Origin: Candidatus Pacearchaeota archaeon
GTDB taxonomy: Archaea > Nanobdellota > Nanobdellia > Pacearchaeales > GW2011-AR1
NCBI GenBank assembly: GCA_017609535.1
Contig: JAFCDU010000012.1
Location: 1 to 32,300, forward strand
Direction of reading: 5' to 3'
DNA: 32,300 nt
In this document: positions 1 through 7,948 of the stretch, in pieces
How the letters are laid out: each line of letters begins with the position of its first letter
How positions within the stretch are numbered: the first letter of the stretch is position 1
Made by a program: the position numbers and the translations under genes
The notes under the pieces: model-generated
The model's input: only the letters and a program-made list of their open reading frames with translations
What the model was told of the DNA's origin: nothing
Databases searched by the model: none

Positions 1-30
1 AGGGACTTGAACAACTCCTTTAATTTTATT

Positions 31-876
31 TTACTTATTTTTTTCTATTAATTTATCAACCAATTCAGTCATAATTTTAACAAACTCGTCTGCCCGTTTT
101 ATCCAGAAGTCAATTTCTTCGCCTGAAATTTGAATTTTTTTCCCATGAACAATGTCCTTTGCAATCTCATGAATTTTCTTATAATCTTCAACATATCTTT
201 CTTTTAGCATTTTTGTTTTAACGAAATTTTCATATAAGTTTCCTGGGATATGTTCTGGAGACGGCGGAATGACATTTGCAGCAATTAATGCGGCATGAGC
301 TGAATCAATGCAAGCCCAATAAAGCCCATCTACTGCAGATAATAATGAAGCTCTTGTTCTTGCCATATGATTTGGAGCCCTTTGCAATAGAGTATAAACT
401 GCTTCTGGAGTTGACCTAATCCGCCCTTCTTTTAATAAAAGTTGCAAAGGTGCAAAAAATCCTCCGTGGTCAATTAAAACTTCACCGTATCTTAGAACAT
501 TAATTATTACTGGATCGCCCCTAAATAAATCATTCCACCATGTTGATAGTTTTACAGAATTAACATGAAGGGATTTATTATATGGATTTAATCTTATTAA
601 TTTACCTAATTCTTCGCGATACCAAGCAATTAATTCCTGGTCCCACTTAACTGAAACATCATCTATAATTACAATTATATCAATATCTGATTCAGGAGTA
701 GAAACTTTTTTTGCAGAACTGCCGAATAAAATAATTGATTTTACAAGTTCTTCAAATTTTTTATAAACTTTTCCTGCAAAGTCCAGTGCAATATCCCTTT
801 CATTAATAAGCTTCATTGTATCTGGAATATTGGACTTTGATTTCTTTGATTTCTTAGAACTTTTTTTATTTGCCAT
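31..876 (-). CDS. Nucleotidyltransferase-domain protein with a helical HEPN/KNTase_C-like C-terminal half (MNT-HEPN-type fusion)
   Basis: 281-aa ORF with an ATG start. 'LFGSSAKK..STPESDIDIIVIIDD' matches the minimal pol-beta-fold NTase signature (G-S ... D-x-D). The C-terminal half looks helical ('LLSAVDGLYWACIDSAHAALIA'). The N-terminal tail is Lys/Ser-rich. Confidence 0.6.
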   Translation of the reverse strand: MANKKSSKKSKKSKSNIPDTMKLINERDIALDFAGKVYKKFEELVKSIILFGSSAKKVSTPESDIDIIVIIDDVSVKWDQELIAWYREELGKLIRLNPYNKSLHVNSVKLSTWWNDLFRGDPVIINVLRYGEVLIDHGGFFAPLQLLLKEGRIRSTPEAVYTLLQRAPNHMARTRASLLSAVDGLYWACIDSAHAALIAANVIPPSPEHIPGNLYENFVKTKMLKERYVEDYKKIHEIAKDIVHGKKIQISGEEIDFWIKRADEFVKIMTELVDKLIEKNK

Positions 877-1033
877 TTTCCCTCTTTTATGATAATCAAA
901 ATAAAACAGATTTTATAAATGTTTTCAAGGCAGAATTATTAATCTAAAAAGCCGTGCAATGGCTCTGAGGTTTTTCAAAATTTAATTTTATTGTGTTTTA
1001 TTTAGAGTTATGCATTTATATAAATCCTGACGA

Positions 1034-2911
1034 TTATGCATTTGCTGTTCCGGAGAATCTTGACCTGGTTCCTGGGATTGCTCCTCCTAATTCCTGGGGC
1101 AACCCTGCGAAACCTGTTGCAACTTCATAAACTGAAAAATGTTTTTCAGGCATGTAAGCCAAAGGGAATGCTACATAACCACCAACCATTCCCATTGCAG
1201 TATTCCAATAAGGGGGCAAGGCGGCTTCATAAGCCCCTGGGCCAAGCCCATGCAAGGTTGCCTTTAATGGAGACATCTTTAAACCTAAATTTGGATTTAC
1301 TAATGCACCTGCTTCAATAACTGCTTTTGCTTTTTCCAGAGCTCCTGCTTTTTTCAATTTTTCAAAAATTTTCTTAAAAGGAACATCCCCCATTCCAGGT
1401 GCAAGATGAGAATCTGTATATCCAAAATTATCACTTAAATGGACATGCTTGACTAATTTAGCGATTTTTTCTGTTTCTTTAATAATATCTTCTTCAGTGA
1501 ATCCCCATTTTCTTAATTGATTTATATGGCCTGTATCCCATGTTGCTCCAATAAGTTTATCTGCTATTCTTTTTGCCTCTGCTTTTGAAACCTTTTCTTT
1601 TTCCATAATATTTTTTTCAAATTGTCTTTTACTTTCCTCAATTAAATTTTTCAAATCTTCTGCCCGAGAAAATGCCGCCCCTGGCTGCCAATTTTCAACA
1701 GCCATGATTGGGGCTTTCTCTCCCCATTTTTTATATGATTTAAAGGCAACATTTCCAATTGTTTCTGCAGATTTCTTCATTGCAAAGTCTTCAACATTTA
1801 CAAGAATTTGCGGAGGAGGCCCAAACCCCACAATCTTATCCCCCTTCTTTTCCATGGTTGTAACTTGCCTTAATCCATTAATTGCTTTATCCAATAATTC
1901 CTTTTGTGCAATCGGCTGCCAAATTTTACCTTCAACTTTCTTCATTTCTCTTGTATAATCCTCTGCGATTTTCATTAGCGCCTTTTTCTGCTGTGGAGTT
2001 CCATACTTATATGCCTTTTCAAATGAATTGTTGAAATTCATTCGAACATTATCTAAAAAAATTTCTGCTTCACGCAGTTTATTATATTGAATTCTCTCCT
2101 GAGGGCTCATATTCGCAATAGTTTTTTCATCTGCATTTGCATTAGAAAATCTTGCTAAAAATGCAGGTGCATTCCCAATAATTTCATCAGCATGCTTTTT
2201 GTAAAAGGCGAGATTTGTTAATTCCTGTTCCCATTTAGTTTTATTCACAGAATACAATCTTTCCTCAGGTGTGAGAATTCTCTCTTTAATCTCATGTTTT
2301 TTTAACTCCTCTTCTGTTAATTCTGGAAGAGCAACTCTCTCCCTCTTTAATTTTTGCATCTCCCCGGATTCTTGGTCAATTACAATAATCTCCTCTGCCC
2401 TGAACCTTCCTTTTTCACCTGGCTTTTTTTCTTTTTCAGGCCTCCATTCTGTTCCAGGTATTCCTGCAGATGAATGGATAACAACAGGCATATTCCCATT
2501 AATATCCATTTGATGCCCCCTCTTAACAACATCAAATAATCTTCTTTCAGCATCTTCTCTTCCCAATTCTCCTTGATAACCTCTTTGCGGGTCAAAGCCG
2601 GCAGGGTCAATCATTGGGGCATGCAGTGAAGGCCTTACTCCTGTTAATTTCATAATTGCTTTTATTTCTGCAAATTGTTCTTTAGGAATCTGCTCAAAAA
2701 CATCCGGCTGAATCTGTTGAATTTCAACATTTTTTACACCTTCACGGATTCTTGAAACAACTTCATTAACCTGATTAGCCACTTGAATCGAAGTTGTAGA
2801 ACTTAACTGGCCAAATGGAAGGCGATAACCTACGAAATTTCCATATTCTGGATTTAGAGAGGAGTATCCTCCTGTATAGAAGTTTTCATAGTTTATAGTT
2901 TCATATGCCAT
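1034..2911 (-). CDS. Xylose-isomerase-like (AP endonuclease 2 superfamily) TIM-barrel protein interrupted by a large Lys/Glu-rich insertion
   Basis: 625-aa ORF. The N-terminal part ('GVKNVEIQQ...RPSLHAPM', 'PVVIHSS') and the C-terminal part ('ATWDTGHINQL', 'VKHVHLSDNFGYTDSHLAPGMGDVPFKKIFEKLKKAG', 'VIEAGA') resemble the metal-binding strands of sugar-phosphate isomerase/epimerase TIM barrels. They are separated by about 250-280 aa of charged, probably helical sequence. Confidence 0.45.
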   Translation of the reverse strand: MAYETINYENFYTGGYSSLNPEYGNFVGYRLPFGQLSSTTSIQVANQVNEVVSRIREGVKNVEIQQIQPDVFEQIPKEQFAEIKAIMKLTGVRPSLHAPMIDPAGFDPQRGYQGELGREDAERRLFDVVKRGHQMDINGNMPVVIHSSAGIPGTEWRPEKEKKPGEKGRFRAEEIIVIDQESGEMQKLKRERVALPELTEEELKKHEIKERILTPEERLYSVNKTKWEQELTNLAFYKKHADEIIGNAPAFLARFSNANADEKTIANMSPQERIQYNKLREAEIFLDNVRMNFNNSFEKAYKYGTPQQKKALMKIAEDYTREMKKVEGKIWQPIAQKELLDKAINGLRQVTTMEKKGDKIVGFGPPPQILVNVEDFAMKKSAETIGNVAFKSYKKWGEKAPIMAVENWQPGAAFSRAEDLKNLIEESKRQFEKNIMEKEKVSKAEAKRIADKLIGATWDTGHINQLRKWGFTEEDIIKETEKIAKLVKHVHLSDNFGYTDSHLAPGMGDVPFKKIFEKLKKAGALEKAKAVIEAGALVNPNLGLKMSPLKATLHGLGPGAYEAALPPYWNTAMGMVGGYVAFPLAYMPEKHFSVYEVATGFAGLPQELGGAIPGTRSRFSGTANA

Positions 2912-2943
2912 CTTTTTTAATTAAACAAAACAAATTTTTAAAT

Positions 2944-3465
2944 CTACTCATAATCTCTCAACATTCTTGCCCTTCTTTCTTTCCTTTCCTGCTCCCAAGG
3001 CATTTTTAATTCTTCCTTTCTTGCTTCAACTTCAGCAGGGGAATATTCATCGCTGCCTCTCTCTATCTCGGGGATTTCCAGCATCCCAACTCTTTGACGA
3101 TTCTCTCTATTCATTGTCGGCATTCCAACCATATTAATTTCTCTTGTTTCATTAAAAATTCTGCGAACCTGTCTTGGACCACCTTCTCGTCTTTCTGCTT
3201 CTTCATAGATTGTCTTGCTGTCGTCATAAGATTGCATATTTTCTGTTTCTCTTTCCTCTCTTTTTTGTTCCAATGGTTGGACAATTTCAGACTCTTCAAC
3301 ATTTTGCTCTAAAATAGGAGCTGTCTGACTAATACTTGTTCTTGAAACATCCTCATTGGAATCTGAAATACCTTCCAATACATCTTCTAGTTCTTCTTCA
3401 TTGTCTAGAGCTTCCTGATTTTCAGAATCTTCTTCAATTATTATTGGCGAATCATCCTTTTCCAT
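2944..3465 (-). CDS. Extremely acidic low-complexity hypothetical protein
   Basis: 173-aa ORF with an ATG start, rich in Glu/Asp/Ser ('EEDSENQEALDNEEELEDVLEGISDSNED'). It ends 32 nt upstream of the TIM-barrel gene on the same strand. Confidence 0.4.
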   Translation of the reverse strand: MEKDDSPIIIEEDSENQEALDNEEELEDVLEGISDSNEDVSRTSISQTAPILEQNVEESEIVQPLEQKREERETENMQSYDDSKTIYEEAERREGGPRQVRRIFNETREINMVGMPTMNRENRQRVGMLEIPEIERGSDEYSPAEVEARKEELKMPWEQERKERRARMLRDYE

Positions 3466-3544
3466 TAATTATTAAAGAACTCTAACTTTATTAGTTTTTC
3501 TTTTAAACTGTATTGTTGCATTTGGGAGCTGAGTTAGATAAAAA

Positions 3545-3694
3545 TTAATGTTTTTTCTTTTTGGGTTCTTTATCCCATCTTGCAGACTTACATTTAGGAC
3601 AAATGAGTGGTTTTTCATTTGGTGAACGAGGTATCCACTTATAACCACAGTTATTGCATTTATATCCTTTTACTTTTATTTCTATTTCCGGCAT
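3545..3694 (-). CDS. Small zinc-ribbon protein (49 aa), below the size cut-off of the supplied ORF track
   Basis: My manual translation of the minus strand gives MPEIEIKVKGYKCNNCGYKWIPRSPNEKPLICPKCKSARWDKEPKKKKH. It has two CxxC pairs (C-x2-C-x17-C-x2-C), an ATG start, a TAA stop and a basic tail. Confidence 0.5.
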   Translation of the reverse strand: MPEIEIKVKGYKCNNCGYKWIPRSPNEKPLICPKCKSARWDKEPKKKKH

Positions 3695-3818
3695 AGTAAG
3701 ACTAAGATTCCATACTTTATAAATATTACTTTTTATGGTTATACTTTATTAGTAGTTACCTCACTACCGAAACATTTAAATAATAGTTTTACTTTATATA
3801 GTAAGAATAAATAAAGTA

Positions 3819-3880
3819 GGGCTCCGAAGAACTCTCAGATTTCACCCAACGCGAATTAAATGAAATCCGACAATATAAAA
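3819..3880 (+). repeat. Copy L of a GC-enriched repeat family, forming the 5' end of the IS remnant and including the transposase ATG
   Basis: 'gggctccgaagaactctcagatttcacccaacgcgaattaaATGaaatccgacaatataaaa'. It shares colinear blocks CCGAAG, AGATTTCA, TGAAATCC and GACAATATA with the elements at 23436-23607 and 24103-24287. It has an internal 7-bp inverted repeat, GATTTCA (3838-3844) with TGAAATC (3861-3867). Confidence 0.5.
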
Positions 3881-4690
3881 GATATCAGGTATAAAAAGTT
3901 TCCTGCTCTTATTGTAGTTCTACTGATATTATTAAAAAATGATAGAATAACAGAAAATAGAGGGAAGATACAGAGATATGGATGTAAAGATTGTAGAAAA
4001 AGATTTGTAAAAGATGATTGTTTTTGAAAAATGAAAAACCATGAAAAGAGAGTAACTCTTTGTTTAGATTTATATTATAAAGGAATTACAAGCATTTTAT
4101 CCTAAAAAACGCTCATTATAGCATAGTTTATAGATGGATTATTTTTTAAGATTAATTCTGGTACAGAATTAATGAGTGATGAAATGGAATATCACAGATT
4201 AGGAGAACAAAACTGGTTTGTAGAGATGGATACAGAAACAAGATTTATGGTTTCCTCGGATTATATGAAAAGTAGAACTACCGGAAATTTAGTTGAAGTT
4301 CTAAAAAGAGCAAGAATTTCAACAATGGATCAAATTAAAGTTATACAACAGATGGCTTACGAAGTTATCCGAGAGTTTTAAAGAAAACATTTGGATTAAA
4401 GACACGTTGGAATCATAAAAGCAAAATATCCATAATGTGATTATTGCAGATGAAAGAGGTTCTAATCATAAGATTGAAAGATTGTATAATCCAATCAGAG
4501 AAAGAACAAAAACAACAAGAGGATTTCAGGTTCTTTAGAAAGTGCAAGAATAATTATGAAAAGGATTAAGATTTATTATAACTTCGTAAGAAAACATCAT
4601 GCTTTGAATTCAACCATGCTGAGATAGCAATCCATGAATTAAAATTAGAAAATAATAAATGATTAAGTTTGATTAAATTAAGCAAAACTA
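3819..4690 (+). mobile_element. Decayed insertion sequence: IS6/IS1-like (N-terminal zinc finger plus DDE) transposase pseudogene with several frameshifts and stops
   Basis: Transposase-like fragments are spread over different frames. They read 'MKSDNIKD' (ATG at 3860), 'CSYCSSTDIIKK' (shifted frame), 'GKIQRYGCKDCRKRF' then TGA, 'LCLDLYYKGI', 'MEYHRLGEQNWFVEMDTETRFMVSSDYMKSRTTGNLVEVLKRA', 'SNHKIERLYNPIRERTKTTRGFQ' then a frameshift, 'GSLESARIIMKRIKIYYNFVRKHHAL', and 'AEIAIHELKLENNK*LSLIK' (TGA where Trp is expected). Track ORF 4172..4381 is one of these fragments. Confidence 0.6.
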
Positions 4691-5740
4691 GAGTGTTTGT
4701 TTCAAATAGGCATTACATTCCTCGGCACTCATAGAATAAGTTTTATAGTTAATCCCTCCTGGCAATTCGTCAATAGCCTCATTAGTTAAAAGAGAATCAG
4801 CACTTTCATTACTTTTCCAAGCATATCCACCGGGAATAGGATTTCCATCAAAATCATCTGATTTTACCCAAACCCTTCCTTCTCCATCAGTTCTTTCTGC
4901 CCCTATTGGTTCATCTTTTGCAGGACCATATTTTGGAACATAAGGTTTGCTTTTTTCAATACATTCATCATATAATTCTTCTATAGATTTAACCTTGATA
5001 TTTTCTTCCTCAAGAGTTTTATCTGAGCCAAAAGCCCAAACAGGACAGGTTCTATGAAAAATAACCTTGTCTTTTGATATAGTGCAACTTCCAGTGCATC
5101 CAGGATGGCTAGCTGAAGTTAATTCAAAATACCATACATCCTTTTCAGTATCATAACTAAAACTTCCTGACGGTTTTCTTCCTTCTTCTGTGCAAACCTC
5201 TGAACTAAATAAGATTTTATAAGCATCCTCTAAACTTATTGAAACATCAAAACAGTCATCTGTCTCAAAATGAATTCTACCTGTTCCTTCTTTTTTCCAG
5301 CAACCAACTTCTTTAATAAACTCAACTTCTTCTGGGTCTATAGTCATTGTTACAATATCTTGACAACCAGCCATATCACAAAAAGCTAAACTATGTCGTA
5401 TATTCCCCTTTACCTTTACTTCAACTACTCCACCTTTTTGGAGTTTCAAATTATCATAAAAGATAAGAGTATCAATTAATGATAATCCAGAATCTCTTAA
5501 ATCATCAATAAAAACACTATTTTTATCGTCACTTAGGACAAGAGGCCAAAAAGTTGATGTTCTGGTTAGATTTCCTTGTATCCAAATAGGTTCTGTTGGG
5601 CAACATATTTGATATGCTTGTGAGGGGGTTATGACTTCTCCAGGAAGTGGGGGGGCAGGTTTCGGTTTAAATAAATAGGTTCCAGCAACTATAATTGCTA
5701 CTAATACTATCACTCCAATAATTAAAATTAACTTTTTCAT
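4688..5740 (-). CDS. Cys-rich secreted or membrane-anchored hypothetical protein
   Basis: 350-aa ORF. It has an N-terminal hydrophobic anchor or signal ('KKLILIIGVIVLVAIIVAGTYLF') and about 15 Cys residues scattered through the rest ('CCPTEP', 'FCDMAGCQD', 'HPGCTGSCT', 'RTCPVW'). Confidence 0.5.
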   Translation of the reverse strand: MKKLILIIGVIVLVAIIVAGTYLFKPKPAPPLPGEVITPSQAYQICCPTEPIWIQGNLTRTSTFWPLVLSDDKNSVFIDDLRDSGLSLIDTLIFYDNLKLQKGGVVEVKVKGNIRHSLAFCDMAGCQDIVTMTIDPEEVEFIKEVGCWKKEGTGRIHFETDDCFDVSISLEDAYKILFSSEVCTEEGRKPSGSFSYDTEKDVWYFELTSASHPGCTGSCTISKDKVIFHRTCPVWAFGSDKTLEEENIKVKSIEELYDECIEKSKPYVPKYGPAKDEPIGAERTDGEGRVWVKSDDFDGNPIPGGYAWKSNESADSLLTNEAIDELPGGINYKTYSMSAEECNAYLKQTL

Positions 5741-5869
5741 ATTCCTACACCTTTATCCTCTTTTTAAATTATTTCTAAACTTCAATAGTAATTGAAATTA
5801 ATTTTAACCAGATTTTTTAGTATAAAAAACTTTGTGAATGCCCCGACAATGCAACAATGCACTTTTAAA

Positions 5870-7369
5870 CTAAGGTTTTTCAAAGACACTCTTAGTCGCT
5901 TCCCAAAATCCAGGCGTAGTTTCACCTTCTGTTTTCAGAGAAAATTCCTCAGGAGATGATGCCATACCGTGCGACTTTTTGAAGATATCATAGATTTTAT
6001 ATAAAGCTGATTTTGCCTTATTACCTGCAATTCTTCTAACTTCTTTTTCAACAAAATTGTCTTTTTTTATGTCTTTTAATGTTTTAATTTCTGATTTTTT
6101 TTCTTGCTTTTTTATCAGAAAACTAAATAATGCTGAAAAAGGATTTGTATCTTCCTGTTTTTTTTCTTGTTTTAGGGAGGGTTTTTCCTCAATTAAGAAG
6201 TGGTCTAAATCTTCCTTGAGCTGTTCCAGGGATTCTTCTGTTGATTCTTGGAATACCTTGAATGTATCTTCAACATCCTGCTTTTCCATTTCCAAATTGA
6301 TTAATTTTAATTCGTCATCATTCAGAACATAGCAATCAAACTCTATATCAACTCTCCCACCAAATCCATAATGGTGTTGTGTGACTTTCTGCGGGATTCC
6401 TCTAAATTCCAAGGAAACGAGATAACATTGATAATAATCTCTTTTTAATTTATATTTGCTGAATCCTCCTGGAAGGTCTCCTGACTCTACTGCATTTTTG
6501 AAATTAAATTTCTTTTTTCCAAATAAAACCAATTCAAACATTGCAGTATTAAATGCATTTACTAATGCAGGATTTCTATCAAAACCTTTTTGTTCAAGTT
6601 TTTCAGCTGCTTTTAGATATGGGCGCGCCCATTTTAAATAAAGTTTGATTGTTTCAACTTGTGAACGAAGATAGGATTTCTCAATCTCAAATCTTTTTTT
6701 TAATTCCTTTTCAGAGATTTTTTTCCATTTTAAAAATTCAGACATTCGAGGAATCAATATTCTCTTAACTTGTTCATTAATTGAACCACTCATTACCTCT
6801 CCTTCTTTTTCCTCCCCCGCCATTTTTCTTACATCTTCAACAGAATTTGCAACCATAAAGGCATCTCTGAGAGTTGTGAATCCTAACTCCATAGTCATCT
6901 GATTTATACTTCCCCTCCCCCTTTTAATATCTACATTATCCATCCATATTTGTTTTAATGCAAGCATCCCGTTCTCCCTTTTTTTTGGGTCGTCGGAATT
7001 AGCATCCTCATAGTGTTGAAGTCTAAGTTCAAATTCCTTTAAATCATAAAGTAAATTCAAAACAGATTTTATAACTTGATTAATTGCTCCAAGAATTTTC
7101 ATTCCTTCTTCCTGCATTCGCGTTGCTCTTGCTCCAATCTCGCTAAAATGCCCTGAACCAGGAGACGCCATAAAATTATCAACAATTTTTTCTATCTCTG
7201 CATTGACAGGAGGTTCTTGCATAAAATCAAGCAACCAGAAATAGATTGGTTCTAATGAAGACGAGGGTGCGTCATATCCAAGTTTAAATTTTAGAAGCGA
7301 TACTGGTTTTCCATTTTTAGAATATAACTTGGGATTCACTTTTGCAATTGCCTCTTTTATATCTCCCAT
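5870..7369 (-). CDS. Hypothetical protein, 499 aa, no recognisable domain
   Basis: Long uninterrupted ORF in AT-rich DNA with an ATG start and a TATA-like box about 26 nt upstream. It is predominantly helical and charged, and I see no P-loop or other catalytic motif. Confidence 0.5.
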   Translation of the reverse strand: MGDIKEAIAKVNPKLYSKNGKPVSLLKFKLGYDAPSSSLEPIYFWLLDFMQEPPVNAEIEKIVDNFMASPGSGHFSEIGARATRMQEEGMKILGAINQVIKSVLNLLYDLKEFELRLQHYEDANSDDPKKRENGMLALKQIWMDNVDIKRGRGSINQMTMELGFTTLRDAFMVANSVEDVRKMAGEEKEGEVMSGSINEQVKRILIPRMSEFLKWKKISEKELKKRFEIEKSYLRSQVETIKLYLKWARPYLKAAEKLEQKGFDRNPALVNAFNTAMFELVLFGKKKFNFKNAVESGDLPGGFSKYKLKRDYYQCYLVSLEFRGIPQKVTQHHYGFGGRVDIEFDCYVLNDDELKLINLEMEKQDVEDTFKVFQESTEESLEQLKEDLDHFLIEEKPSLKQEKKQEDTNPFSALFSFLIKKQEKKSEIKTLKDIKKDNFVEKEVRRIAGNKAKSALYKIYDIFKKSHGMASSPEEFSLKTEGETTPGFWEATKSVFEKP

Positions 7370-7447
7370 ATATTTCTTAATGTATTGGGATTTTTAAAGT
7401 TTCTGCGATATAAATAAATTTAAATAAATGCATTTCTTAGTAGGATT

Positions 7448-7747
7448 ATGTTCTGGAAAAAGAAAAAAATGATTGATATTAGCAGGTTGCATAAGAGAGG
7501 AATTAAAATTCCTAAAACTTCAGAGACAATTACAAATAAAGAGGGATTTGTAGAAGTTCCTAATTCTTCTTCAATGTCTTCCTCTTCTTTTGTTTCATCG
7601 CCCCAATCAGCGGATTCATATGATAAAAGAGAGATAGATGAAAAGATTGAGAGGCTGGATAATCTGATTTATAAATTGGAACAAAGAATTGAACTTCTTG
7701 AGAGGAAATTGGGTGTTGATGATTCAACTCCTAAAATTAATTGGTGA
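7448..7747 (+). CDS. Small hypothetical protein with a Ser-rich linker and a C-terminal coiled coil
   Basis: 99-aa ORF divergent from the 499-aa gene. It has a basic N-terminus, a Ser-rich stretch 'SSSMSSSSFVSS', and a heptad-like stretch 'IDEKIERLDNLIYKLEQRIELLERKL'. Confidence 0.4.
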   Translation: MFWKKKKMIDISRLHKRGIKIPKTSETITNKEGFVEVPNSSSMSSSSFVSSPQSADSYDKREIDEKIERLDNLIYKLEQRIELLERKLGVDDSTPKINW

Positions 7748-7919
7748 TTTTCTACCCTCTTTTGGGGACCATATTCTGTTCTAATTTTGTTTGTTTCAAT
7801 AATAATTCTCTAAATTTATTTTTCCTTGATGTCTTTCACTTTTTCAAGATCCTATGAATTTGTTTAATTCTATGAAGTTAATTTTTTATATTTTTAAAAT
7901 TTATTTATAACACAATAAG

Positions 7920-7926
7920 TTTAAAA
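7920..7926 (+). promoter_or_regulatory. TATA-like box about 26 nt upstream of the gltX ATG
   Basis: 'tttaaaa' is centred near 7923 and the ATG is at 7949. The spacing matches the archaeal TATA-to-TSS distance and implies a leaderless mRNA. Confidence 0.35.
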
Positions 7927-7948
7927 CCTTCAGCACCTTTAAAATAAA

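Noticed and set aside
950-1000. A possible fourth, weaker copy of the repeat family ('ggctctgaggtttttcaaaatttaattttattg') lies between the NTase-HEPN and TIM-barrel genes.
   Set aside because: Only short, AT-rich words match (GGCTC.GAG, TTTCAAA.TTTA). I cannot distinguish this from background by eye.
4172-4381. The 69-aa ORF could be treated as an independent gene.
   Set aside because: Its sequence ('WFVEMDTETRFMVSS...') is the central DDE segment of the fragmented transposase, not a stand-alone protein.
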